Positions 1-11,985 of a stretch of DNA of 64,000 bases are shown here, in pieces. The notes beneath the pieces were generated by a model. The model did not search any database. It had not been told where the DNA came from and saw only the letters and a list, made by a program, of their open reading frames with translations. Source of the stretch: Leucoraja erinacea (taxonomy: Eukaryota). How positions within the stretch are numbered: position 1 is the first letter of the stretch; every line of letters starts with the position of its first letter. A program made the position numbers and the translations under genes. Location: contig NC_073391.1 in assembly GCF_028641065.1 (NCBI RefSeq), positions 12,586,001-12,650,000 of the forward strand, given 5' to 3'.

Positions 1-589
1 TATTTTCATACGTTCTCATGATTTCTGAGTGTGCTGATGGAGATATCTATTGTTGTGGGGCTGGTCCTGGTAAGTGCAGGAAGATGAGGCACATGAACCA
101 ATTCCGATTGTATCTTCATCAATTCTTCTCATGTTGTAGCATAAACTTCAATAAATCATATTTATCTTTGGTCCATGGTTGGTACATTGTGGGAGCCCCT
201 TGATATTGCTTCTATGCTGAACTTCTCATATAAGAGGAGGCACAAAATGTATATTAAGCTGAAGGCACTATGTGAGAGTTGAAATCTCCTTCATAGTTGT
301 GCATTGGTAACCTTGCGTCATGAGATATGTTAATGATGTTAAAGGACACACGAAGATGACTGAAATGTTCAAGTACACATTGGCTGGTCAAAGGTTTTAA
401 CTTGCATTGCATACTTGCAAAATGACCCCAAATATCATCTTTATGAAGATAAAGAGAACCCTATAAACTTCAACAGTAATGTTCTCCATCAGGTTGCATT
501 GGCAGTCAGTGTTAAAAGCAATAACATTTTTGCTGATGCTTCACTGGAAGCAAACTAGATGACATTAGTGATATCCTCATTGCTGAAAG

Positions 590-1075
590 AACACCTAATG
601 TGGTTTTAGAGAGGATTCGGAAGAGATTTATTAAAATGCTGCCTGGGTTAGAAAGTATTAGCTATTGGAAAATGTTGGACAAATGTTTCTCTGGTGTATC
701 AGAGTATGAGGTAAAACCTGACAGAAGTATATACAATTATGATAGGCATAGATAGGGTAGATAGTCTGAACATTTTCTCGGGTTGGATATTTCAAAGACT
801 AGAGGGCATAGATGTAAGGTAAGAGGGGTAAAGTTTAAAGGAGAGATGCAGGGCAGGTTTTTTAACACAGAGTGTGGTGAGCGCCTGGAACATGCTGTCA
901 GGAGCGGTGAATAGCATAATGACTTTGGATAAGCACATGAAAATGCACGAATTTAAGAGATATGGATCTCATGCAGGCAGGATGATATTTGTTTAACTTG
1001 GCATCATATTCAGCGCTGACTTTGTGGGGAGAAAGGGCCTGTTCCTGTGTTGTACTATTCTATATTCGATGTTCA
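590..1075 (+). mobile_element. CR1 LINE 3' fragment (degenerate)
   Basis: Decayed CR1 ORF2 C-terminus (RRFIKMLPGLESISY-like) and 3' tail GGGCCTGTTCCTGTGTTGTAC followed by a short simple repeat. Confidence 0.8.
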
Positions 1076-1137
1076 ATTCTGTAAAGGTTGAGGGCCATAT
1101 CTCCACTGACTGTCACTGTGGCATATGAATGTTAATA

Positions 1138-1454
1138 TTTAGTTTAGTTTAGAGAAACAGTGTGGAAACAGGCCCTTTGGCCCACTGAGCCTGCACCGAC
1201 CAGCGATCCACACAAATTAGCATAAGCCTACATGCACTAGGGACAATTTACACATACACCAAGCTAGTTAACCTACATTCCTGTACATCTTTGGAGTGTG
1301 GGAGGATACCGAAGATCTCAGAGAAAAACCCGCGGTCACGGAGAGAATGTACAGAACCTGTACAGATAGCACCCATAGTCGGGATCGAACCTGGGTTGCA
1401 GGTGCTGCAAACGCTGTAAGGCACCAACTCTACTGCTGCGCCACCATGCCGCCC
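1138..1454 (-). mobile_element. tRNA-derived V-SINE (HE1-like)
   Basis: Reverse strand shows B-box GGTTCGATCC, the V-core (TTCTCTCCGTGACC...TCCTCCCACACTCCAAAGA), a CR1-like 3' end and a (CTAAA)n tail. Confidence 0.9.
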
Positions 1455-1558
1455 AGAATGGTTGTAATGGTTGAGTAAAGTTCCTTTGAAAGCACAACTA
1501 TGCAATGACTCACCGCATCACTTTAGATACATTTCTATGCTCATAAATAAATAGCTGG

Positions 1559-1715
1559 TTTAACTCAGCGGGACAGGCAGCAGACAGACAGAGAAGGAAT
1601 GGGTGACGTTTCGGGTTGCGACCCTTCTACAGAGATGCTGCCTGTCCTGCTGAGTTATCCCAGCTTTTTGTGTCTATCTTCGGTTTAAACCAGCATCTGC
1701 AGTTCCTTCTCACAC
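1559..1715. mobile_element. Penelope pLTR-derived short element, inverted dimer
   Basis: Left arm is the reverse complement of the right arm. Flanked by the direct repeat AATAAATAGCTGG (1546-1558 and 1716-1728). Confidence 0.85.
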
Positions 1716-2264
1716 AATAAATAGCTGGGTTTGGCACAGGGAGGTAACTATGCAGTAGTTTGGCAGGACTTGATATTAAAGCATGTGCCACTTGGCATCA
1801 TGGACAGTCACTTCCTATTGCTGTACCTCCATGGCCAAAATAAATTCATGCTGGAAAGAAACTGAATCCAATCTCTGCAGTGCAAAAATCCTTGAAAACG
1901 GGGAATAATACACAGTTTGCTCTCTTTGAATGACAACTCCAGGTTTCTCACGATGGCTTTCTCTTCATCCAGCTTGTGAAAAATATATTATTGCGGCTTT
2001 GTGATAACAATCCTTCCTAAATACCCATGCCTAGAAATTGAATCATGCAGCATTGTTTTACAGTTCTGTGTGATCCAAATTCGATGTTATATGAGGTAAA
2101 TTATGTTTTTTTTTTAATACAAAGAGCTTTTATTCAAACAAACACAGATACAGACTAGTAACAAAATCAAGACTGCCATTGGCAGTTTACAATCATACAG
2201 TTATCAGATTAAAACATTGTCAACTTTATGTATAATACACTCCAGATTCCACCTCATAGGCTAC

Positions 2265-3450
2265 TCTGGAAGGTTCGATCACATGGAATTTAGGAAGAGC
2301 TAGCTAATTGAATATAGAATTGGCTTAATAGTAGGAAACATGGAGTAGTGGTTGGAGGCCTGTGACTAGTGAATGCCTTGAGGTTCAATGCTGGGCCCAT
2401 TGCTGTTAATCATCTATATCAATGATTTGCATGAGAATGTACAAAATATGATTAGTAAGTTTGCTGCTGATATTAAAATAGGTGATATTGTAGACAATGA
2501 AGATGGTTATTGAGAAGTTGAGCAGCATCATGAACAACTGGACAAGTGAGCTAAGGAATGGCAAATGGTGTTTAATTTGTAATAGAATAAGGTTTGGTAT
2601 TTGGGAAGGACATTCACAGTGAAAATTTACAGGGCCCTGGGCATTGTTGTAGAGCAGAGGAATCGAGGAGGACAAATACATATTTCCTGAAAGTGGCTTC
2701 ACAGGTAGGTGGAGTGATAAGATACTGTTGGCATAAGGACAGGTAGGTGAGTATCAAAGTTGAGACTTTATGTCACAGTTTTATAAGACATGAGGCAGTA
2801 CCTGCAGTATTAGATTCATTTTTGGTCACCCTGCTTTGGAAATATGTCATTAAGGTGGAAAGAATGCAAAGAAGATTTATGAAGATGTTGCCAAATCTCA
2901 AGGGCATTACTTGCAGGAAGAGATTGGCCAGGCTATGAATTTAGTCCTTGGAGTGCAGGAGGCTGAGGGGTGATATTAGAGAAATGTATAAAATCAGGTG
3001 GGGAATAGATTGATTGAAGGTGCAGAATCTTTTTTGCAATAGATAGACACAAAATGCAAAAATAACTCTGCAGGTCAGGCAGCATTTCGGGGAAAATGGT
3101 TAGGTGACATTTCGAGTCCAGACCTTTAGAATTTGGTATAAACCAGCATCTGCAGTTCCTTTTTATTACTCTTCTGCAAGGCAGGGAATCAAGAACAGAA
3201 GGACACTGGTTTAAGGTTAGAGGAACAACATTTTCACTCAGGGGTAGTGGGTATATGGAAAGATGTGCCAGAGGAAGTAGTTGAAGCAGGTGCAATAACA
3301 ACCTCCAAAATACTGTTGAGCAGGTACATGGATAGAAAACGTTTGGAGGGATATTGACCAAATGTGGGGAAGTTGGACTAGCTGGGAAGGGGCATCTTGG
3401 TCAGCATGGAAGAGTTGGGCCAAAAGGCTTGTTCCAATACTCTATGACTG
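2265..3450 (+). mobile_element. CR1 LINE 3' portion, interrupted by a Penelope-derived element at about 3041-3168
   Basis: RT motifs (GSMLGPLL, IYINDL, SKFAADIK), KVERMQRRFMKMLPNLKG (ORF 2747-2938) and the CR1 tail. Confidence 0.85.
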
Positions 3451-3917
3451 TTTGCATTATTTCAGAACATGCTTGAAGTGAAATTGGACCAGCTGCTTCT
3501 GTTCACAATCCATGCTAGTGGCCTGATTTGTCGAGGTGCACTCAATAATATTAAGCAAGTTTCACCCCACATCAATAGAAATTCAAACCCAAAGTTCTAG
3601 AAATGATCTTTCCAGGGTCGTGTCAGTAGAACTAGATGTTATGTGCATTCCCGTCTTACTTTACTCACGATTTAAAGATGTACTTGGCTGATGTTAGTTA
3701 CTTCATGAGACAAATTTAAGAGCAGATGACAAACATACTGTATCCCGAAGTCCACAGTGTGCATTGAAGCTACCTGGTGCTGCCGATTGCTGCAGAGCTG
3801 CTTTTGCAGAAGCTGCCTCAGAGGTTATATGACCTGTATCACTCTAATGCTGGGAGCTTTGGCACAGGTAATGAAGGTCACACAGGCACAGTTGCAGACA
3901 CTGAGCATGAATGGATG

Positions 3918-4225
3918 ATACTTTGTTATCACATGTGACATGTCACAATGTGATTCTTTGTTTTGTTACTCAAGGTATGCAAAGAGTCGCCACATAAAGG
4001 GCGCTGAGAAAGTTACAAAGTATTCCATTTAGTCCCCAATGGTTCTCCCTTTGTTCCTGGAACCTCCCCCCCCCCCCCCCCCCCCCCCCCCCCAGCGCCG
4101 GGTCCCCTTTTGTTCTGGGCAAAACGCCCAGCACCCACACAGCCCTTCTGACCTTCGGCACCCTCTGCTGGCCTGTACTTGACCGCCTGTCCCTCCCTCG
4201 ACCGCCAGCCCCTTCCTCGCACGAG
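3918..4225 (-). mobile_element. Non-autonomous retroelement with Rex-Babar-like 3' tail and internal poly-C
   Basis: Tail (reverse strand ...CATGTGATAACAAAGTAT) resembles other Rex-type tails in the window. C-run at about 4065-4093. Confidence 0.4.
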
Positions 4226-4399
4226 GAATAGACACTGTCCACTAACAATTACCCTACTTCAAGAGTTCTTTAGGGATACCACACAGTACCTGCACCTCTC
4301 CGATCAATTTGCTGGCTCGGCATTTTTCGAGTCTGCAGTTACACTGGCATGTTCTCTCTACAGAGGTGAGGCTCCCAGTGAGTCTCAGCTTCCTGCCCT

Positions 4400-5130
4400 T
4401 TAAATCATTGCAGTCAGCTGCCACTGACCTGCCCTCAGAACAAAGTCCACCCTCCTCTGAGGTTCATCACCCTTCAAGCGCGAAAATGGTTTGAGTACTT
4501 TGGATTACTGTCTTCCTCAACATCAATGACCCCATCTAGGTTATCCACACATAGAGAGAGACAACTCCAATTCTCTTTTCAATTTTGCTACGAAGGAATT
4601 GGCATCTTAGGCCCTGGGATTTGCCACCCTTGCCGCTTCCGAAAGAGTACAGGCAGTAATCGATTCTGCTCCTTTGTACTCGAGATCTTTGATAATAATC
4701 CAACAGAGACTAGTTCTACTCTCTTATGGCCATCTCTTTGTGTACCATGAAGAGAAGATTTTGTTGGTGAACCCTAAGTTTTCTGTTTCCAGCTTCAGGA
4801 GCTCTTCAAGAAATCTACACTGCCAGCATGTTCACTGGTCTGCCTTGCCCTGAACAAAGGATCTCGGGGTGGGTAGGAAGGGACTACAGATGCTGGTATA
4901 CACCAAAGAGAGACACAAAATGCTGGAGTCACTCAACAGGAAATGGGTCGAGACAAAACATCACCCATTCCTTATCTCCAGAGATAATGCATGTCTCGCT
5001 GAGTGACTCCTGCATTTTGCGTCTATCTTCGAAGAATCTTGGGAGACATGTTCTACTATGGCTTCTCGTTCCAGTCACAGTCCATCCACACCAGTTGAGC
5101 AGAGAACAGAGTGGGGGAAGTCGTTTGTTT
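4400..5130 (-). pseudogene. Possible ancient L1-type ORF1 relic
   Basis: Broken frames give FLEELLKLE and IIIKDLEYK, reminiscent of L1 ORF1 RRM motifs. Heavily decayed and split by the element at 4870-5031. Confidence 0.25.
4870..5031. mobile_element. Penelope pLTR-derived short element, inverted dimer
   Basis: Inverted arms. Imperfect flanking duplication AAGGATCTCGGG / AAGAATCTTGGG. Confidence 0.8.
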
Positions 5131-5885
5131 CCAGGAGATGGGATTGCATTGACTCCATCCAGTGCAGGGACGCTGTGTATTATACATCAGCAAGTGTGGA
5201 TGTCCATTGTGTCACATGCTGTGAAACCAGGCAAACAGAAGACAGCAGCTGGCGCCTGAGGGAAAACAAGAAGGAGTCTCGGAGCCTGAGGGCCAGGAAG
5301 CAGAAACAGAAGACCAACGGAAGCAAGAAGGGCAGATTGGATGATGAAAGCCCCCTGAGGTTGTCCCTGCCAAATATCAGCAGCTTTAACTTCCAGTTGA
5401 ATGGAGGAGGGAGGTATTCTCTCTGCAGGCAATGAGGGACTCTCTTACAGAGACAATTCTTCCAACCAGCCTGTAAATCACAATTTCCTCAGCAGATCAA
5501 GTTACCCTCTCCACATTCAAATTGTTACCATCACACTGCGTCAATAAGCAGCAGGAATAAACAAGGTGGTGCATTGCACTCCCTTGCATGCGGCTGCACT
5601 GGTCCACTTGCATTGGAATGAACAAACCAAGAAATTGTTCCTCGGTTCAAATGCTGGACTTAACTGGCTTATAGAGGAAAGAGACTAAGTGGGACCCATT
5701 GGGTCCCATGTACACACGGGAGGGCTGGTCCCCCACCGCAATATGCCACCTCTCCACCAATTCCACTATTGATGGCCAGTGGGGGGGGGGGGGGGGTGCT
5801 TTCTGGATCACTAGTATGGGTGTTGTGGGCTGAAGTGACTGGTTTCCAGAGGGCTAGTATGGACATTGTGGGCTGTATGGATTCT

Positions 5886-6112
5886 TGGGCTGGCAGCTCA
5901 GTCACTCAGGCCTGGTGGGCTGGCAGCTCAGTCACTCAGAGCTCAGTCACTGGGCCGGCAGCTCAGTCACTCAGGGGGGCTGGCTGCTCAGTCACTCAGG
6001 CCTGGTGGGCTGGCAGCTCAGTCACTCAAGCCTGGTGGGCTGGCAGCTCAGTCACTCAGACCTGGAGGGCTGGCTGCTCAGTCAATCAGGCCTGGTGGGC
6101 TGGTAGCTCAGA
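5886..6112 (+). repeat. 30-bp minisatellite inside Helitron
   Basis: About 7 copies of GGGCTGGCAGCTCAGTCACTCAGGCCTGGT. Confidence 0.9.
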
Positions 6113-6551
6113 AACTGCCAGAAATTCTGTGCAAAACAGGTGAGTGACTGTGAGGGAGAAGGGGGAGAGGGTGGAGAATACATTTTAGACATTTTTCAAC
6201 TTTTTCTGCAGATCACAGCAATGAAGGAAGAAAGTTTATCCTGGCCTGAATCTTAAAGGGAGCCAATGAAGGGAGGGAGAAAAATACTGGGGTGAGGTAT
6301 AATACTTGCAAGTGGAATACTTACTGATGGGCCGGACTCTTCTGGGCCAGTACAGGCCTGATGGGCTGAAGAGGCTCTTTAAAAAGAAAATAAGTGGAAT
6401 CTCAGTGAAAGGCGCTTTTTCTGGACTTTTCCAGGTCTGGCACGGGCCTTTTGGGCCACAATGCTCCTCCTGGGATAATGCGGGCATTTTGGGCAAAAGA
6501 GACTGGTTTCTCAGCTAATAGCGGCATTGTGGGCCAAAATTAGTGGTTTCT

Positions 6552-6775
6552 GGCAGGCCAAACAACTCTTTTCATTTCATTTCCATTGCAGTTTCAAGCA
6601 CAGGGCAGGGCAAACACCTCATTGCATTTTCATTTCATTTTTATTTCCATTGCAGTTTCAAGCACAGGGCAGGCCAAACATCTCATTGCAATTTCATTTT
6701 ATTTCCATTTCCATTGCAGTTTTAAGCACAGGGCAGGCCAAACAGCTCATTGCATTTTCATTTAATTTCCATCAT
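6552..6775 (+). repeat. About 58-bp tandem repeat inside Helitron
   Basis: About 4 copies of CCATTGCAGTTTCAAGCACAGGGCAGGCCAAACA.CTCATTGCA-(CATTT)n. Confidence 0.9.
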
Positions 6776-7428
6776 TTATTGCAAGTACATTGCAGACTCA
6801 CAGTTCAGTTGATTCACAGTTGTGGCCTCTCCCTCGCAATCTTCCAGAGTGACTGACTCACGTCCAGGCATCCGGGGTTTTATAGTCCTGCTCCTCCCGG
6901 AAGGGATGGAACCTTCATTGTGCTGATTGGCAGGTGAGAGGACCAATCAGCTGATCTCAAGATTTTTTAAACACTCATAACTTTTTTATTTTTCATCGAT
7001 CGAAAAAATCCTCAGGGCTGCCTCAGCGGAGGAGGACTGTGAGTAAGATGGCCAAAAATCATAGCGATATACGGTAGCATATTTTCAAAAATCAATATAA
7101 AGCACAGACAGGAAGTGGTCAAGGTGAGACTTTTAGTTATATATAGATATAGAAAATTACTCTATATTATATGCCAGTTAAGTTCAGTGATGCAACATCT
7201 CTGTACTTTCTGTTGAAAGGCGCCTCATTTAAATAATTTTGACTTCACCGCAAAGTGCACTTTCACTGGAAGAAAAGTTGGTCAAGAATTCAGATGCTGT
7301 CTTGCTCTTTAATGCTGAATGTGGCTATGCACCATTGGTAGTCAATGTAGCCGAGACTAACAAGCATCAGAATTGGTACATAGAACAGATGTTTGATCTT
7401 ATCATGTGATCCATGTCCTACAGAGACA

Positions 7429-7727
7429 GGGGCGGCCCTATGGCGGTATAGTTGCTGCCTTACAGCGCCAGGAACCCGGGTTCGATCCTGACTATGGGTG
7501 CTTGACCGGACATAGTTTGTACGTTCTCCCCATGACCTACGTGGGTTTACTCTGCGACCTCCTGTTTCCTCTCACACTCCAAAATTGTACAAATTTGTAG
7601 GTTAATTGACTTGGTATAATTGTAAATTGTCCCTAATGTGTTTAGAATAGTGTTTATGTGTGGGGATCGCTGGTCGGCATGGACATGATGGGCCTATTTC
7701 CACCCTGTATCTCTAAACTAAAACTAA
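7429..7727 (+). mobile_element. tRNA-derived V-SINE (HE1-like), abutting a Penelope pLTR fragment (7728-7812)
   Basis: B-box GGTTCGATCC at about 7479, V-core and a CTCTAAACTAAAACTAA tail. Confidence 0.9.
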
Positions 7728-8123
7728 GATGTTCTCTGGGCCGTTCAGTTACTCCAGCACTTTGTGTCATTTTTTTGTAAACCACCATCTGCGTTTTATT
7801 GTGCCTACACTTGATATTTCTCATATTTTTCAGCAACTTTTCTGTCCCCTCCAGAACTTGTAATTATAAGTATTGTAAGAGAAAAGCAAAGAAGAACACG
7901 AGAGAAATAAAGTTTATATTATGATTGCAGAATAATATGGCAACCACGGCAATAATCCAATTATTTCACAGTCTCCAGCTATAATGAAGCAATCATCTGT
8001 ACTTGGAGATCATCCCTCAATCTCAGGTAACAATCAGGGCCTTCCTTCAGTATGTTAATTAAATGCATATTAGGAATACAGAGCATGTTACATTGCAGCA
8101 ACAGCCATGGCAGACTAAGCTAA

Positions 8124-8826
8124 TGGGCCTGTCCCACTGAGGTGACATTTTAGGCGAATGCAGGAGACTATGCAATCGCCACATGGTCGCCACATGTTTG
8201 CAAGTGGTTGCCAGGGAGTTGCCTTCATGGTCGTGAAAATTCCCGCATTCTGGGAACTAGTCACAGCCTCATTATGGTCGCCACGACTTTTTCAACATGT
8301 TGAAAAATGATCGGCGACTATAATGAAGCCGCCATGGAGAATATGGAGAATTCTCGTACCGTAGGTAGGTCGCCAGGAAGTCCTAGTGGGTTGCCAGGAG
8401 GTCAAAGGTTCTCGGAGGTTCTTGTAGGTTGTAACCAATGCTGACTGGTGAATTTCATTGGCTCATTGGGGGAAAAAAACGTAAGTCTCAACTCCTTCCC
8501 CCCCTCCACCCCCCACCCCCCCCCCCCCCTCCCCCCCCCCCTCCCCCCCCTCCTTTAAAGGACTTACCGTACACTGTGCTTAGCCGTCTTAATTACAGCA
8601 CCAATCTTCCTGTTCATTGCAGTGTGTGTCTGTATCACCTTGGCTTTGCACCGTGAGAATTTTGGACAGCGCTCCCCCCGCTTGCCCTACCCCCGCCTGC
8701 GATGTGTTGTGTGTGTGTGTTCCACTCTGACAGTCGGCGTTCTAGTTGCCGGTTTTTCAGGCGACTGCCGGCAACGTGACAGTCGCCAGCAGTTGCCTGC
8801 AAAATCGCCTAAGTGGGACAGGCCCT
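8124..8826. mobile_element. PIF/Harbinger-type MITE
   Basis: TIRs (T/A)GGGCCTGTCCCACT...AGTGGGACAGGCCCT and a 3-bp TAA duplication (8121-8123, 8827-8829). Confidence 0.85.
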
Positions 8827-8879
8827 TAACTACATATATCGACTTATCTGAATGGTCTCAGCACACTTTAAAAGAGAAT

Positions 8880-9062
8880 GTGTAGGAAGGAACTGCTGAT
8901 GCTGGTTTACACCGAAGATAAACACAAAATGCTGGAGGAACTCAGCGGGACAGGCAGCATCTCTGGAGAGATGGAATGGGTAACATTTTTTGTCACATTT
9001 CGCGTCTGAAGAAGGCTCGGAATGTCTCCTGTTCCTTCTATCAGAGATGCTGCCTGTGTCTA
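8880..9062. mobile_element. Penelope pLTR-derived short element, inverted dimer
   Basis: Inverted arms with a GTCTGAAGAAGG junction. TSD TTAAAA(G/T)AGAAT (8868-8879, 9063-9074). Confidence 0.85.
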
Positions 9063-9099
9063 TTAAAATAGAATATATTGCATCCATGCCAGTGGACTT

Positions 9100-10110
9100 T
9101 TTAAAAATTAAAGTATTCACTTACGGATATTGCCCTAATTGTCCAAAAGAAGGTGGTAATGAGTGTCTTCTTGAACTGGTGCAGTCCTCTGCTAAACATA
9201 TTCTCACAATGCTGTTGGACTGAAGGTTCCAGGAGTTTAACCTAGTGATGCTAAACCTCAGGCAAAATACATCCAGTCACTCTGGTGTGCGACTTGGAGC
9301 AGAACCCACAAGTGATGATGTTCCTATGTGTCTGCTGATCCTGCCCTTCCTGTTGGCAGAGGTAGTGATGCAGTTACAATTGCCTGGGAGAGTAACTGCT
9401 GATGATACATGTTGCAGACGGTGCATTGGTGTTGAAGGGAATGAATGTGTGGATTGATTGATGTGGTGCCAATTAAATGCGATAAGACTCAATCCATTTG
9501 GAATGTTTTCCCTTTTGTTACCCAGTGTTCCCAGGGCGCCTTGCTGTCCCACTGGATGAAATGCTGCCTTGATGTCTAAGGCAGTCACACTCACATAACA
9601 TCCGCAATTCAGCCCGTTGGTCCACGTTGCGATGAAGTTTGGATCCAGGCGGCCCTAGTGAAACCCGAACTGTGCATTGGTGAATTGATTATTTGTGAGT
9701 AATTGCCACATGATAACACTTAATGGTGGCTTTCTTCACTTTGCTGATGATTGAGAGTGGACCGTAACAGTAATGAGCTGGATTGGATTTGTCCTGCTTT
9801 TTTTGTGAATGAGAATGAGAAGTACCTGGGCAATTTTCCACATTGCTGGATGGATGCCAGTGATGTAAATGCAGTGGAACAGATTGGCTGGAGGCGCAGA
9901 TAGTTTTGGAGCACAGGTCTTCAGTGCGACAGCTGGGATACTGTCTGGTCCCAAAGGCTCCGTTGAATCCAGTGATTCCACTACACTGTTGTTTGATGTT
10001 TTCCCTCCTTAAGGAGCTTCACTCCTTAATTTAACACTCACATACTGAGCCCCACCATTACTAAGGATGGAGATGTTACTTCATGCTCTTCCAATTTAAT
10101 TGTCCTTCAA
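9100..10110 (-). mobile_element. CR1-group LINE reverse-transcriptase relic
   Basis: ORF peptides GPDSIPAVALKTCAPKLSAP...WKIAQV and VTALDIKAAF are non-LTR RT motifs. Frameshifted and internally deleted. Confidence 0.85.
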
Positions 10111-10114
10111 CATT

Positions 10115-10440
10115 CATAAATTCATAAGATCATGTGACAGGAGCAGAATTAGGCCATTCGGCCCATGAAGTCGACTCCACCATTCAATCATGGCTTATCT
10201 GTCTCTCCCCCCCTAACCCCATTCTCTTGCCTTCTTCCCATAACCCCGGACAGCCATACTATGCAAGAATCTATCAATCTCTGCCTAAGAAATATCCATT
10301 GACTTGGCCTCCACAGCCTTCTGTGGCAATAAATTCCACAGATTCACCATCCGCTGACCAATAGAAATTATTTATCTCCTTCCTAAAGTGACAGTAAAGT
10401 AAAATTAACCTTTTATTCTGAGATTATGGCCTCTGATCAT
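10115..10440 (-). mobile_element. CR1 LINE 3' end
   Basis: Reverse complement of the CR1 tail seen at 29105-29530. Confidence 0.85.
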
Positions 10441-10461
10441 TCAGAACAAGATGTGATAGAA

Positions 10462-10735
10462 TATCATCATCATCGTTGAAAACCACAATGGGCACGGTGC
10501 CTTAGAACGCTATGTACGACAGTGATTGCAACTTCTGAAGTGTGGATGGCCGTTGGCTCGCTAGGAGCTCATCCACCCTTTAACAGGTTTTGTTTTTGGT
10601 CCTGCTGGGGGTCCACAGCCTCCTCCTCACCTGGCAAACCAGGTGGTGGAGACAGTTTAGTCGTCGACTATCCAACCCATTGGGGACCATGGAGCAGGTA
10701 GCACGGGATTACATGGTACCCGTGGCGGGGGGAAC
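10462..10735 (-). mobile_element. RTE-derived non-autonomous element
   Basis: Reverse strand has RTE 5'UTR-like motifs (GTACCATGTAATCCC, CCTGGTTTGCCAGGTGAGGAGG) and a (GAT)n tail. Confidence 0.55.
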
Positions 10736-10788
10736 AAGCTTCAATCTGATCCATTGATAACATCTTGGGAATCATTCATGACGAACGT

Positions 10789-11520
10789 CAGGCACGGAAA
10801 TCGCTATCAAAACATGGGGGGGACCAGGGGGACACAATTTATTCGCGGCCGCGAGCGCATGCGCACACTCACACACACACGCGCGGCTTCGGAGGCTTGT
10901 GGAGACCCACTGTCAAAATAAATTTAAGCGAGAGAGGTGGTGGAGTGAGCACTCGGTGCTGGTGCTCGGTCTGTTCAGCAGCAAGTGTGAAATCAACATC
11001 AGACAAGGCGCTAGTAGAGAGAAAAAGACTCCGTACAGACAGCGCCCAGAGTCAGGATCTAAACCTGTGTCGCTGGCGCTGTGATGTAATAGCAACACAC
11101 GGGCCGAGTGACCTCTCTCTCTCTCTGTGTACCTGCCAACAGCCGCAGCCCACCTCCGCCTTCCAGATAGAGAACCACATCCCTGGCGGTGGCCCAGTCC
11201 CGTTTCCCTCTGCTCATCGGGCGCTGACTCCATGCTGTACCAAATCACCCCCCAGTCAAGGGCTGGGCTGGAGGAGAGAGTGAGATGCATTAGTGCGAGA
11301 CTTCGGCCGTGGGGTTGAATCAGCCCGTTCACGGGGTCTTTCATCAGCTGATGGAGGCTTCAACATCGAGAGCCTTGATCGCCTCGATGCAGCAGTTTGA
11401 CTTTAAGCCGCGACGGGCACTGAAAGGCGTCGCAAATGGGCCGATTCAGCCCTTAGAAAGCAGCTGATAAATTCCGGATGACAAAACATGGGGGGGGATT
11501 GTCCCCCACCTCTCAAAGCA
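10789..11520 (+). mobile_element. hAT-like non-autonomous DNA element, CpG-rich, right end truncated
   Basis: Begins CAGGCACGGAAATC. Subterminal AAAACATGGGGGGGA occurs near both ends. Contains a SINE-head fragment at about 11020-11095. Confidence 0.55.
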
Positions 11521-11859
11521 CCTTTACGCAATAAATTAACTGCACTGGTTTTCTCAGCCCAATCTCCACACTGTTGCATCCATTGGGACCTCAATAATCC
11601 CAGTGTGCACAGTGTTCCATCACTGTTTCACTGGCTATACCATGTATGCACAACCTTGCTCTCCTATGCAGCAATTATGCCAGGTCCTGCTTTCACTAAA
11701 GAGCCTCTTGCAGTTAGTTAAGTAATCTCCCTACTTGTGCAGCGTTTTGGCCATGTTCTGCCCTATTCCCAACTTACATTAAACTCTGGTGTTGACCCCA
11801 ATCTGCTCAGCATCGTTGCCAGTGGCCCGTGTCAACATTGCTGGCTCTAAGTTAACTCT

Positions 11860-11985
11860 AAGATAGACACAAAATGCTGGAGTAACACAGCAGGACAGGA
11901 AGCATCTCTGGAGAGAAGGAATGGGTTATGTTTCGGGTCGAGACCCTTCTTTCAGGACCTTTCGGGTCAAGACCCTTTTTCAGGT
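11860..11985 (-). mobile_element. Penelope pLTR-derived short element with duplicated hammerhead-core segment
   Basis: TTTCGGGTC(G/A)AGACCCTT..TCAGG occurs twice in tandem. Confidence 0.8.

Larger units (their letters stand above)
5680..7147 (-). mobile_element. Non-autonomous Helitron with internal minisatellites
   Basis: Reverse strand starts A|TCTATATATAACTAAAAGTC and ends with hairpin GGGACCC-AAT-GGGTCCC then ACTTAGT and a mutated CTAG. Both termini are homologous to the element at 22827-24114. Confidence 0.85.

Noticed and set aside
1559-1715. Interpreting the palindromic short elements as DNA-transposon MITEs
   Set aside because: The arms are unequal, the TSDs are long and variable, monomers exist, and the repeat is attached to a Penelope GIY-YIG ORF.
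5058-5435. 125-aa Lys/Arg-rich ORF
   Set aside because: No recognisable domain or convincing splice sites. It lies among decayed repeats.
5769-6775. Repetitive ORFs and CRISPR-like periodicity
   Set aside because: Head-to-tail minisatellites without unique spacers, no cas genes, eukaryotic context.
7429-7500. tRNA gene
   Set aside because: A/B boxes belong to a SINE head and continue into the V-core. No full cloverleaf. The same applies to the other copies.
10913-11344. Peptide LHHSASDT resembling a RhoGAP segment
   Set aside because: It is the translation of a SINE tRNA-head fragment, so the resemblance is coincidental.
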